This document shows, piece by piece, positions 8,081 through 16,488 of a stretch of 64,000 nt of DNA. How positions within the stretch are numbered: the first letter of the stretch is position 1; every line of letters starts with the position of its first letter. The stretch spans positions 9,576 through 73,575 of IMG/VR virus record IMGVR_UViG_3300025018_000143. One strand, 5' to 3'. The DNA comes from a virus. The position numbers and the translations under genes were made by a program. A model generated the notes under the pieces. It was not told the origin of the DNA. It was given only the letters and a program-made list of their open reading frames with translations, and did not search any database.

Positions 8081-8935
8081 ATGCAATATATTCATGATCT
8101 TATTTTCACCCGAACTATAAATATCCACCATGCGTATTCTATAGTTGCTCTTATAATTTCTTTATTTGGCCTTGGTATAGCATTCTTTATAAGAAGGGCG
8201 GCTGTGTTTAGATTAAAATTAGCCTGTGTTTACATTTTATTATTCGTAGCAGGGTTAGGTGGCTTCTTATTTGAGCATGAGAAATTTGGTATGGTTGAGC
8301 AGACTCTATACACATCATTCTTTATTCTTATGACTGTTTTATATTGGAGGGAAGTCTCTTCATATATGACCACAGAAGGATATCACCGCAAATCTCTTGG
8401 AATTTATATAGATGATGTTCCAGATTTGATATGGGTAAAGGATCTTGAGCACAGGTATACCTATGTAAATAAAGCTGTATCAAGTCTTTTGGGATTACCA
8501 ATTAATCTTATACTTGGCAAAACTGAAAATGATATCCGTGAAGTTTTTGAACGAACAGGAATGACTTATACTATTGGGTCAGAAGCCATTAAAGTAGATA
8601 ATAATCACACAGGCGATTTCATGATAGAGCCAAGAATTTTTCTTGATTCTGGTATTATCAATCGAAGGTTTATTGCACTTCAGGTATATAAAGGCCCTCT
8701 ATATAATAGCGATGATGTAATCACAAGAAAGCATGTGGGATATTTTGGTATCGGAAGAGACCTGACATACGACGTCGAAGACCATAACAGAATAACTGAA
8801 CATATAGAAAAAAATGAAATGGACGAGGCAATGATAATGTTCCAGATTCATAAAAATAGATATCAAAAAGTAAATATTTCTTCTATTAGTTTAAGAAGAA
8901 AAGAAGAGGATCAGGATGATAAAAGTAACATGTAG
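8081..8935 (+). CDS. membrane protein with PAS domain
   Basis: Three N-terminal TM helices, then IDDVPDLIWVKDLEHRYTYVNKA...LGK...GIGRDLT (PAS_4/PAC signature); no output domain. Confidence 0.85.
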   Translation: MQYIHDLIFTRTINIHHAYSIVALIISLFGLGIAFFIRRAAVFRLKLACVYILLFVAGLGGFLFEHEKFGMVEQTLYTSFFILMTVLYWREVSSYMTTEGYHRKSLGIYIDDVPDLIWVKDLEHRYTYVNKAVSSLLGLPINLILGKTENDIREVFERTGMTYTIGSEAIKVDNNHTGDFMIEPRIFLDSGIINRRFIALQVYKGPLYNSDDVITRKHVGYFGIGRDLTYDVEDHNRITEHIEKNEMDEAMIMFQIHKNRYQKVNISSISLRRKEEDQDDKSNM

Positions 8936-9341
8936 CTCAGAAGATTTGGAATGGCTTGCGAGAAATATATATTTCGAAGCCAGGAGTGAAAATATTCTTG
9001 GCAGGATGGCGGTTGCTTTTGTTACAATGAATAGAGCAACCCATCCAAGAGCAAGATGGGGAAAATCAATAACAAGTGTTGTCACCCAGCGGCTTCAATT
9101 TTCATGGTACAACAACAGAGTAGTTCCTGAGATAAAGAATCAAAATCTGTATAAAGAAATCAAATCACTTGCAAAGCAATGTGTTGAGATATACAACAAT
9201 ATGTCTGATGCAGGATATGAATTGGATGGTATCGTCCAAGGAGCAGACCATTACTACGCTACTTGGATTGCACCTCCTAATTGGATTGCTTCAATGAAAT
9301 TCGTGTGCCAAATTGGGGTACATAAATTTTACAAGGCTTGA
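8916..9341 (+). CDS. SleB/Hydrolase_2-family cell-wall hydrolase (endolysin)
   Basis: LARNIYFEARSE, AVAFVTMNR, QFSW, GADHYYA, IGVHKFY. Confidence 0.9.
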   Translation: MIKVTCSSEDLEWLARNIYFEARSENILGRMAVAFVTMNRATHPRARWGKSITSVVTQRLQFSWYNNRVVPEIKNQNLYKEIKSLAKQCVEIYNNMSDAGYELDGIVQGADHYYATWIAPPNWIASMKFVCQIGVHKFYKA

Positions 9342-10066
9342 TTTATTTTTGCAATTGTCGAAGTGCCATCTTTTCATAGGAGCAATTTTGCCTTCTTTTC
9401 CGCAATAAACACATACAACATTGGATTTTGATAATGATGTTTCTCTCATTTTTTGTTTAGTTGATGAGGAATGAATTCTATTCTTTCCTGCAATAGAAAG
9501 ATTTTTTTTATGTTCTGGTGATATTATTCTTCCTTTATGGGCTGCACTGATTTTTCTTTTGGTTGCTTCGGTTCTAGTTTTACCTTTCAAAGCTTTGCTT
9601 ATTTGTTTCTTTTGCCATTCGGATATTATCATGCCTTTATTAGCTTTGCTTATTTTGTCTCTAGTTTCTTGAGAAATTATTCTACTTTTATTAGCGACAG
9701 CAATTAATTTTTTAATTTTTTCATAGCTTCTACTGTTAATTTTATAATCACGGTACTGATTTTTAGATTTTCTATGTATCATACACCAAAATGCATAATT
9801 AATTTTATGATTACTATGCATTTTGGACAATAACCAATGGCATATAAAATGTTCTCTGGCTTCCAATTCCACTATATTATATTTTGAATTATTCCCTCCC
9901 AAACAACTAGGTATTATGTGATGTCTTTCTTTATAAATATTTTGAAGTAAACATCGATTATTTGCCTTATTTATGATGGATTGATATATTTTAGAATAAT
10001 TCATAATAGTTCCTATAGGATATTAATAAATGATGTTTATTTTATTTATAAGACCATTACTACGCT
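9245..10066. mobile_element. endonuclease cassette bounded by 16-bp direct repeats
   Basis: AGACCATTACTACGCT at 9245-9260 and 10051-10066; minus-strand late promoter TATAAATA at 10043-10050 abuts the right repeat. Confidence 0.8.
9291..10004 (-). CDS. HNH homing endonuclease with NUMOD3-like repeats (free-standing)
   Basis: ERHHIIP.CLGG.N...N...L.AREHF.CH.LL; SQETRDKIS-type repeats; C-terminal CxxC and MKRWHFDNCK. Confidence 0.9.
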   Translation of the reverse strand: MNYSKIYQSIINKANNRCLLQNIYKERHHIIPSCLGGNNSKYNIVELEAREHFICHWLLSKMHSNHKINYAFWCMIHRKSKNQYRDYKINSRSYEKIKKLIAVANKSRIISQETRDKISKANKGMIISEWQKKQISKALKGKTRTEATKRKISAAHKGRIISPEHKKNLSIAGKNRIHSSSTKQKMRETSLSKSNVVCVYCGKEGKIAPMKRWHFDNCKNKSSLVKFMYPNLAHEFH

Positions 10067-10150
10067 GATTATATCAAGAAGCCTGTATGGGCAAAGTATA
10101 TGAAGCCTACTGTTAAGATAGGTGTTCATGAATTCTATCATGATGTATAA
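10052..10150 (+). pseudogene. alternative (stranded) 3' end of the endolysin
   Basis: DHYYADYIKKPVWAKYMKPTVKIGVHEFYHDV* vs DHYYATWIAPPNWIASMKFVCQIGVHKFYKA*. Confidence 0.85.
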
Positions 10151-10195
10151 TAACTAACCCAGCGCCGGGCAATCGCTACCACTGTGCGGGGAAGG

Positions 10196-10227
10196 ACCTC
10201 TCTTTCGAAAGATTGAGAGGTTTTTTT
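10196..10227 (+). terminator. rho-independent terminator
   Basis: ACCTCTC-TTTCGAAAGATT-GAGAGGT followed by a T-tract. Confidence 0.75.
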
Positions 10228-10238
10228 ATGGTTAATGC

Positions 10239-10348
10239 TTGACAACGCCTTTCCTTTGTGTTATAATCTTTATATAAAGAATGAGAGAAGAAAACAAAAA
10301 GAGATGAAAAAAATAATTATTGACAGAACAAATTAAAAATGTTATAAT
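10239..10348 (+). promoter_or_regulatory. two tandem sigma70-type early promoters
   Basis: TTGACA-N17-TATAAT at 10239-10267 and 10320-10348. Confidence 0.85.
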
Positions 10349-10449
10349 CTTTATATAAGATGAAAAACATCTTAAATGCTCTGTGATTGAATTTTCAAAG
10401 CAAGACATACTAACAGACACAAATCAATTTTAAATGCGAGGATCAAGCA

Positions 10450-10620
10450 ATGGATGACGGAATGATGAATTTTATTGACATGAATTGGGATGAGATTATT
10501 TCTGTGATCAAAGCAGAAGGAATACCAACAAGAAGTCTGGATTATGATGATATTGAGGACCTGATTATGAATATGGAATCTCTGTATCTGTGGGCTAGTG
10601 AAAATGGCGTAATTGATTGA
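10450..10620 (+). CDS. small highly acidic early protein (absent from ORF track)
   Basis: MDDGMMNFIDMNWDEIISVIKAEGIPTRSLDYDDIEDLIMNMESLYLWASENGVID*; GAGG RBS. Confidence 0.6.
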   Translation: MDDGMMNFIDMNWDEIISVIKAEGIPTRSLDYDDIEDLIMNMESLYLWASENGVID

Positions 10621-10629
10621 AAATAGTTC

Positions 10630-10658
10630 TTGCAATTTGCCTTTTAGTATGTTATAAT
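10630..10658 (+). promoter_or_regulatory. sigma70-type early promoter
   Basis: TTGCAA-N17-TATAAT; leader AAAGAATGAGAGAAGAAAACAAAAA repeats that of the 10239 promoter. Confidence 0.8.
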
Positions 10659-10707
10659 ACTTTATAAAGAATGAGAGAAGAAAACAAAAATCAAAAGGAG
10701 ATACAAC

Positions 10708-10923
10708 ATGGCTATGAAAGATTTTAATACTGTTTCTGTTAAAGTTGATGGTCGTCAGGAATTCTTTGGTAATGTTTATGCTACCAAAGAGGAAGCAAAG
10801 GCGGGTGCAGATACTGGTTATACTCCTGTTCTTGTTGCTTCACTTAATGGTGCAGAGGTCAACGGTTGGATGAATCATTCAAAATTCGGCTATCAAGAAG
10901 ATTGGGCTTGCAATGCGAAGTGA
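10708..10923 (+). CDS. hypothetical early protein
   Basis: Strong AAGGAG RBS after the promoter. Confidence 0.75.
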   Translation: MAMKDFNTVSVKVDGRQEFFGNVYATKEEAKAGADTGYTPVLVASLNGAEVNGWMNHSKFGYQEDWACNAK

Positions 10924-11125
10924 TACTTTCAGGATGTATGTTCTTGTTATGTCAAGTCTTCAGAGGATTCTTGACATGGCATGAACATTTCCCAAAGGGT
11001 CATTTATCAAAAATGGATGAAGGACCCTGAGCATTACAGGCGAACTGAAACAAGTGATGTTTTATATCTTAAGGAGAAAACAGCATATGGCTCCAAGAAA
11101 TAATACAAATTGAAAAAGGCTATAA

Positions 11126-11350
11126 ATGATACTCAAAAAAGATGAATTTTCACAGTGGGTAGAAAATACCCACTCATTCACAAAAGAGAGCTACATGGAT
11201 ACTGTTCTGCAGGGTTGTGATAGATTTAATGTAGAAATTGAATTTATACAGCCCCTGCTGAGTGAGCAAATAATCCAAAAGATTAAAGCTGAGGCGATAA
11301 ATCTTAGATATTTCAAAACGTCCTCAAGATCACTCAAAGCATTTCTATAA
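11126..11350 (+). CDS. gp33: late-transcription coactivator gp33
   Basis: SYMDTVL..C, IEFIQPLLS...KIKAEA..L; 33-59-32 synteny. Confidence 0.8.
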   Translation: MILKKDEFSQWVENTHSFTKESYMDTVLQGCDRFNVEIEFIQPLLSEQIIQKIKAEAINLRYFKTSSRSLKAFL

Positions 11351-11943
11351 TGGGTCCTGTTCGGCTATATGAAGTTTTCAATACAATGAAACTTCATTGG
11401 AATACCAATTATGATTTTGTCAGGTATAAAGGAAGGTCAAAGAATTTCAATGCTGAAAACTTGGACAAATCGAATAATAAGCATGTATACTATCAGGTAG
11501 CTAAGAGATACAAGATAGAAAAGGATTTTGTGCTCACAATATTGCCTATATTCCTTGAAAATAACAATACTCAAATATCCGATTTATTGAGCAAAGAAAG
11601 ATGTGAAAAAATATCGATGGAGTGGTACAGAAAAATCCAGACTATGCAAAAGTGGTTTTACGAGGATTGTGAGGTTATCTGCAAATACATCAAAGATAAT
11701 GGCATGAGCTTTCAGCAATTCTTTCTAGGGAATCCAATATTGGATTTTCTTCTTTATGACCACATAAATATAGAGACATTTATTATATTAGACAGGTTCA
11801 TTTTTTTCTTGACAAAGAACAAAAAGAAGAGTATAATATATACTCAAGTATATGAACAGAAAGTGCAAAATTATTCTTCTTTCATACAAGTTGAAACTGA
11901 TAAATATGATAAATTGTTTAAGAAGGCTATGACGAGGAGGTAG
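11350..11943 (+). CDS. gp59: helicase loader gp59
   Basis: MKLHW...YDFVRYKG, INIETFIILD; synteny. Confidence 0.85.
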   Translation: MGPVRLYEVFNTMKLHWNTNYDFVRYKGRSKNFNAENLDKSNNKHVYYQVAKRYKIEKDFVLTILPIFLENNNTQISDLLSKERCEKISMEWYRKIQTMQKWFYEDCEVICKYIKDNGMSFQQFFLGNPILDFLLYDHINIETFIILDRFIFFLTKNKKKSIIYTQVYEQKVQNYSSFIQVETDKYDKLFKKAMTRR

Positions 11944-12050
11944 AGAGATGTAGACCTGATACGATTTACAGTAAACTTAAAGTATCTGTATACAGAAAGG
12001 AGGAAGATTATGTAGCCTTGGCAAGCTATACACGATAATATCACAGCAAT

Positions 12051-12090
12051 AATACACGGTAAGACACGAAAATACACGGTAAGACACGAA
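12051..12090 (+). repeat. exact 2x20-bp tandem repeat in the gene 32 leader
   Basis: AATACACGGTAAGACACGAA twice. Confidence 0.9.
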
Positions 12091-12114
12091 AATTAATATA
12101 AAGGAATAACAAAT

Positions 12115-13044
12115 ATGGATTTTAAGAATATCAATGCAAGCAACAAAGGCGCCTCAGCTCTCCTGAATGAACTAAAAAAACGAACCAGCGTTATTAAAAG
12201 TGATTATTCAAGAGATGATGAATGGTCAATATCCAAAGATAAAGAAGGTAATGGTGCTGCTGTTATTCGGTTTATCCCTTCTAAAGATGGTGAATTGTTT
12301 CAAGAAGTGCGTAGTCATGGATATAAAAATCCAATGACTAATCGTTGGTATATTGAGAATTGTCCTAAAACATTGGACTGGGATAATCCTTGCCCTGCTT
12401 GTGAACATGCTCAGGCTCTTCTTGCTGGTCGTGATTACAAAAGCCTTACAGAGAATGAGAAGAAAGAAATCAAACCTTTCTTTGCTAATACCTCTTATTG
12501 GTCAGTAATCAATGTTGAAAAGGATGATGCAGTGCCTGATAATGAAGGTAAATCATTCAAATATCGTTATGGTAAGAAAATTCTTGAGAAGATTGGCGCA
12601 AGAGCAGCTGATGATCCTCTTGATGATTCTGTAAAAGGTATCAATGTCTTTGATGTTAAGGACGGTGCTAGTTTCAAGCTGGTTGTAAAGAAAGTTGCTG
12701 GATATCCTAATTATGATTCTTCATCTTTCAAGAATCCAGAGCCTCTTCTTGGTGGTGATAAGAAGAAAGTAGAAGCTCTTCTTAGTTCTGGACCAGAAAT
12801 CGGTTATATGTCCACTGAAAAGAATTTCAAGGAGTACGGTGATCTTAAAAAGAAATTCTACAATATTTTAGGAGTGAATGAGAATATTCCTACTTCAGCC
12901 GAGAAATTGGATGACACAACAGAAGAAACTAAGTATTCTGCTCCAGATATGTCAGGGACGCCAGAGGTTAATACTTCATTTGATTCTGGTGATGATGATG
13001 AAGATTTGGATTACTTCAAGAATCTTTCTACTGAATCAGTGTAG
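12115..13044 (+). CDS. gp32: single-stranded DNA-binding protein gp32
   Basis: GNGAAVIRF.P, WYIENCP.T, CP.C, YRYGKKI, GY.NYD.S.F, acidic tail. Confidence 0.95.
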   Translation: MDFKNINASNKGASALLNELKKRTSVIKSDYSRDDEWSISKDKEGNGAAVIRFIPSKDGELFQEVRSHGYKNPMTNRWYIENCPKTLDWDNPCPACEHAQALLAGRDYKSLTENEKKEIKPFFANTSYWSVINVEKDDAVPDNEGKSFKYRYGKKILEKIGARAADDPLDDSVKGINVFDVKDGASFKLVVKKVAGYPNYDSSSFKNPEPLLGGDKKKVEALLSSGPEIGYMSTEKNFKEYGDLKKKFYNILGVNENIPTSAEKLDDTTEETKYSAPDMSGTPEVNTSFDSGDDDEDLDYFKNLSTESV

Positions 13045-13069
13045 GTACATTAGAAGTACCTAGATAGTC

Positions 13070-13105
13070 AAAATGGAACAATATTTTATTATTGTTCCAT
13101 TTTTT
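13070..13105. terminator. bidirectional terminator between convergent gp32 and tape measure genes
   Basis: AAAATGGAACAATA...TATTGTTCCATTTT inverted repeat. Confidence 0.8.
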
Positions 13106-13110
13106 ATGGT

Positions 13111-15564
13111 TTAATATCCTAGTTGTGATTGAAAGGAAGCCCATGTAGCATCGGTTTCATAAGGAGATGCACCAGTTTGGTATGTGTTGTTGTTCGATGA
13201 GTTAACAACTTTAGTGCTTGAAGGAGCATTCACAATATTTGCTGATGCTGAGGATGCTTTTTCTTTATCAACTGCATCCTTTTGAACTGTTGTTACTGCT
13301 TGAGCATTAAGATTTGCTCTAGGTTGTACCTCAGCTATCTTATCTTCATCCGTTGCGCTCATTGACATCTTATCTGCTAGGTTAGCTCTTCTTGCAGCTT
13401 CGCCTTCCTTATCAGCAGGTCTTTCATAAAATTTAGAAAATGCTCTTGCTGCTGATCTTGGAGATTCTGCATTTTCTAATTTTTGCCCTGCTTTTTTTTC
13501 AGTATTTTGTAATTCCCAGTCTATAAATCTTGCTTGATCCTCAACAGATGATCCTTTCATACTCTTGCCAAAAGCCTTTTCAAATTTTGCTTGTCTATCA
13601 GGATGCCATTGAGCAATACCATAAGCAGCACCACTATCACCAACAGCCTTTGGATCAAATTTACTTTCTCTTTGAAGATTAGCAAGTATACCAGTAATCT
13701 GGTCATCCGTATAATTACCAGTCTCTTTGAGAGTCTTTCTCACTCTTTCCATATTCTCTTTGGCATCTTTTGTGGGAGGAGCTGAATCTTTACTACCCAT
13801 GTACCTAGGGCTAGTAATAGCATCTTTCACGTCTATGGCTTTATTTTTTATTTTAGTCAAAAGGCCTTCTTTTGCTGGCTCAGTGGCGGTTGCTTCTTTG
13901 CCAACTATCTTTTCCTTTCCCCAAGAGAAAATGCCTCTAGCTTTATTAACAAGTGAATCAATAAGCTCCTGGAAAATATCAGTCATTTTTTTCATGCCTT
14001 CTGTCAACATTTTTTCAACAGAAGGAATTTCAGGCAATTCAAAATTAAATAAAGCTTCAACCCATAATTTCATAGCCCGAAGAGGAACAAGAATTACTTC
14101 CTTGAGAGAAAATCCATCTGGGAAAAACACATCACCTAGCTTAGTGAAGAAATCGATTACCTTTGTAGCTAAGCCATTGAATTTCTCATTACCGAAATCA
14201 ATCAGTAATTGAAGTTTTTCTTCCACCCATGCATCAAAGTTATTTTTGATGCTACTGAAGAAATCCTTAACTGTATTGAATAATGATTCAATGTTACTCC
14301 ATAATCCTTTGAAGAAATCAAATACACCAGCAAGAGATTTGGTCATGAACATATCAACCACAGGACCTATTTGCGTCTCTATACCAAAGAACCCAAGTAT
14401 ACTGTCAAAAAGACTAAATGTCCCGCCTATGAACCCACCTGCTGCTGAAGCGACCTTATCGGAAAGAGTTGCTTGTTCTTTTCCTAGTTTCTCTGCTGCT
14501 TTTCCCCAGCCTTCAAAAGCTCCCATGAAACCTTTATATGCTGTGTATGCCAACGCAAGAGTTCCTATTACTGGTAATGCAAATGCTGTAATACCACTAA
14601 TAACGCCAGTGATCAAAGGTATAGCCCCAAGTAACATTATTCTTATATTGGCTGCTGATTCAAGAAAACCTGTTAATGAAGCTGCTGTTTTCTTTTCTTC
14701 TGCAGGAGCAATATCAGCACCTAATGTACCAGCTTCGCCTTGTTCTTTTACTGCATCAATAAGAGCTTCTTCACGGCGAATCCTTTCACGTTCTCTCTCA
14801 ATATCAGCAAATTTACTGGATTGAGTATCACCAACAATTACATCTAGCAAGGAGCCTATATAATCTAATTTACCTGAATGCGAAGCCAGAATGTCAGCTG
14901 TTTTATTTGCTGAATCCTGCTTCCCTTCAATCGCTGTACTTTTTTTCGATGCCTTCTCTGGCTTGCTTTCTTTCTCTGCTGCTGCTGCTTCTTGGCCTTC
15001 TAATTCAGTCCTAATAATTTCAGCTTGATGTTCATTAGCTAGGTCTTGCTCTTTTTCAGCAATTGCTCGCCTCTGGTTAATGGTATCCTGTACCATATTA
15101 CCAAGAAACATGAATGCAGGGTTGTTAAGACCAAGCGCGCCTAGAACACCAGCAATGGAAGGCAGGTTAGATTTAAATGATGTTGAAAGGGTTTTTGCCA
15201 TGCTGTGCTGATTTTTTACCAGAGTTTTACTAACACCTGCTAATTCATCATGCATTGATTGTAAGCTGGCTAGTTCATCATATGTTAATTCATTTGATTT
15301 ACTAATATTAAGGTATAATCTTTCAAGTTGTTTATTAGCTTGAATGGCTTCTTTTCTTGAAGTTACATTGGTAATATTTTTACTTACTGATTCAAAATTC
15401 TTTGAAAAGGCCTTATATGCGTTTGTTTGATCTTTGATATTATCCTTCTGGTCCATGGACATTTTATCAAATATCATACGAACGCCGTCAAGGAAGATTT
15501 CACCATTAACTTTGAATAATTTTTCTAACGGCTTTGAAATTTCTAATGGTTTCTTCTTCTCCAT
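13111..15564 (-). CDS. tail tape measure / baseplate hub protein with C-terminal phage tail lysozyme domain
   Basis: Long helical A/G/F-rich region with TM-like segments; GILANLQRES...GIAQW...R lysozyme-2 signature. Confidence 0.8.
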   Translation of the reverse strand: MEKKKPLEISKPLEKLFKVNGEIFLDGVRMIFDKMSMDQKDNIKDQTNAYKAFSKNFESVSKNITNVTSRKEAIQANKQLERLYLNISKSNELTYDELASLQSMHDELAGVSKTLVKNQHSMAKTLSTSFKSNLPSIAGVLGALGLNNPAFMFLGNMVQDTINQRRAIAEKEQDLANEHQAEIIRTELEGQEAAAAEKESKPEKASKKSTAIEGKQDSANKTADILASHSGKLDYIGSLLDVIVGDTQSSKFADIERERERIRREEALIDAVKEQGEAGTLGADIAPAEEKKTAASLTGFLESAANIRIMLLGAIPLITGVISGITAFALPVIGTLALAYTAYKGFMGAFEGWGKAAEKLGKEQATLSDKVASAAGGFIGGTFSLFDSILGFFGIETQIGPVVDMFMTKSLAGVFDFFKGLWSNIESLFNTVKDFFSSIKNNFDAWVEEKLQLLIDFGNEKFNGLATKVIDFFTKLGDVFFPDGFSLKEVILVPLRAMKLWVEALFNFELPEIPSVEKMLTEGMKKMTDIFQELIDSLVNKARGIFSWGKEKIVGKEATATEPAKEGLLTKIKNKAIDVKDAITSPRYMGSKDSAPPTKDAKENMERVRKTLKETGNYTDDQITGILANLQRESKFDPKAVGDSGAAYGIAQWHPDRQAKFEKAFGKSMKGSSVEDQARFIDWELQNTEKKAGQKLENAESPRSAARAFSKFYERPADKEGEAARRANLADKMSMSATDEDKIAEVQPRANLNAQAVTTVQKDAVDKEKASSASANIVNAPSSTKVVNSSNNNTYQTGASPYETDATWASFQSQLGY

Positions 15565-15583
15565 AAACTATCCTCTATATAAA

Positions 15584-15751
15584 TTACTTTTTTGTTTCTT
15601 TTATATGCTGTATTAAAAGGGAAACATACACATCCCTTTCCCAAGGAGACAATGAGTTCAACTCAAATAGACTGAACCCATGGAATTTAACAAGATTGAA
15701 ATTCATCTTTATCCTAGTCGCCAAATCTTCATGGGAAAGGGCTAGATGAAA
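15584..15751 (-). CDS. gp51: gp51-like baseplate hub assembly protein (absent from ORF track; probably made by -1 frameshift from the upstream gene)
   Basis: FHLALSHEDLATRIKMNFNLVKFHGFSLFELNSLSPWERDVYVSLLIQHIKETKK*; in-frame ATG only at 15706. Confidence 0.75.
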   Translation of the reverse strand, partial: FHLALSHEDLATRIKMNFNLVKFHGFSLFELNSLSPWERDVYVSLLIQHIKETKK

Positions 15752-16470
15752 AAATTTCGTATTCCTTTAAACTTGTAATGATTATCAGCGCCACAATGAG
15801 TGCATTTCAAATCGAATTCATGCTGAATAGAAGGCACCGCATTAATGAAATCTGTGATTTTCTGAATGGACTTCGAGGCCATTGATTTGACAAAAAACAC
15901 AACTTCCTCAGGATTCAATTCAGACACCTCGATAATATTATCACCATTCACTATCTGTTTTATCAATGATGCTATCATCCCGAATATATCATTATCGCCT
16001 TTTAGCTCTAATGATTCAAGTATATCAAATCCAGGATATTTCATTATTAGAGATACTTTATCGCTCAATTCTATTATATGTGAATTTTTAATAACTACTG
16101 GTTTCTTGATATCAAAGATGTTTATAACAGCTGGATTTGGTTTTTCGCACTCTTTACATTTCATAGTGATTTCAATCTCTTCACCAACAGACCTAGCTCT
16201 CAAAATTATCAAGAGATATTCTATATCAAATGATGATAATGTTTCCACATCCAATTCACCAAAGGTACAACTTTTTATACATTCTTTTGTGCCTTCAATA
16301 ATCAAATTGACATCATTAGAGGCTTTTGTTACAAGAAGAGCTTGCTCTTCTCCTGCGGAATATCCTCTGTATTTGAATTTTTTATTATTACTAGGTAATG
16401 TATCAGAGTAAATTGGCATTGTCAACAAGCCATCCAATACGCCTTTTTTTGTTGTTTTATTCTCAATCAT
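15742..16470 (-). CDS. gp26: gp26-like baseplate hub subunit / assembly chaperone
   Basis: YR.Y...EE..LL, FDIEYLLI.LRARSVGE, MKYP, two CxxC, ends G..NFF. Confidence 0.8.
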   Translation of the reverse strand: MIENKTTKKGVLDGLLTMPIYSDTLPSNNKKFKYRGYSAGEEQALLVTKASNDVNLIIEGTKECIKSCTFGELDVETLSSFDIEYLLIILRARSVGEEIEITMKCKECEKPNPAVINIFDIKKPVVIKNSHIIELSDKVSLIMKYPGFDILESLELKGDNDIFGMIASLIKQIVNGDNIIEVSELNPEEVVFFVKSMASKSIQKITDFINAVPSIQHEFDLKCTHCGADNHYKFKGIRNFFI

Positions 16471-16488
16471 TATTCTCTCCTTAATAGA

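Noticed and set aside
10177-10196. Cobalamin riboswitch (CCACTG...GGGAAGG resemblance)
   Set aside because: The rest of the aptamer is absent and the position is not a 5' leader.
12051-12090. Mini CRISPR array
   Set aside because: Two abutting copies with no spacers; the Cas4-like gene is a standard phage exonuclease.
13591-16411. Long + strand ORFs opposite the tape measure and gp26 genes, and similar antisense ORFs across the structural module
   Set aside because: Antisense shadows caused by codon bias; no RBS or recognisable motifs.
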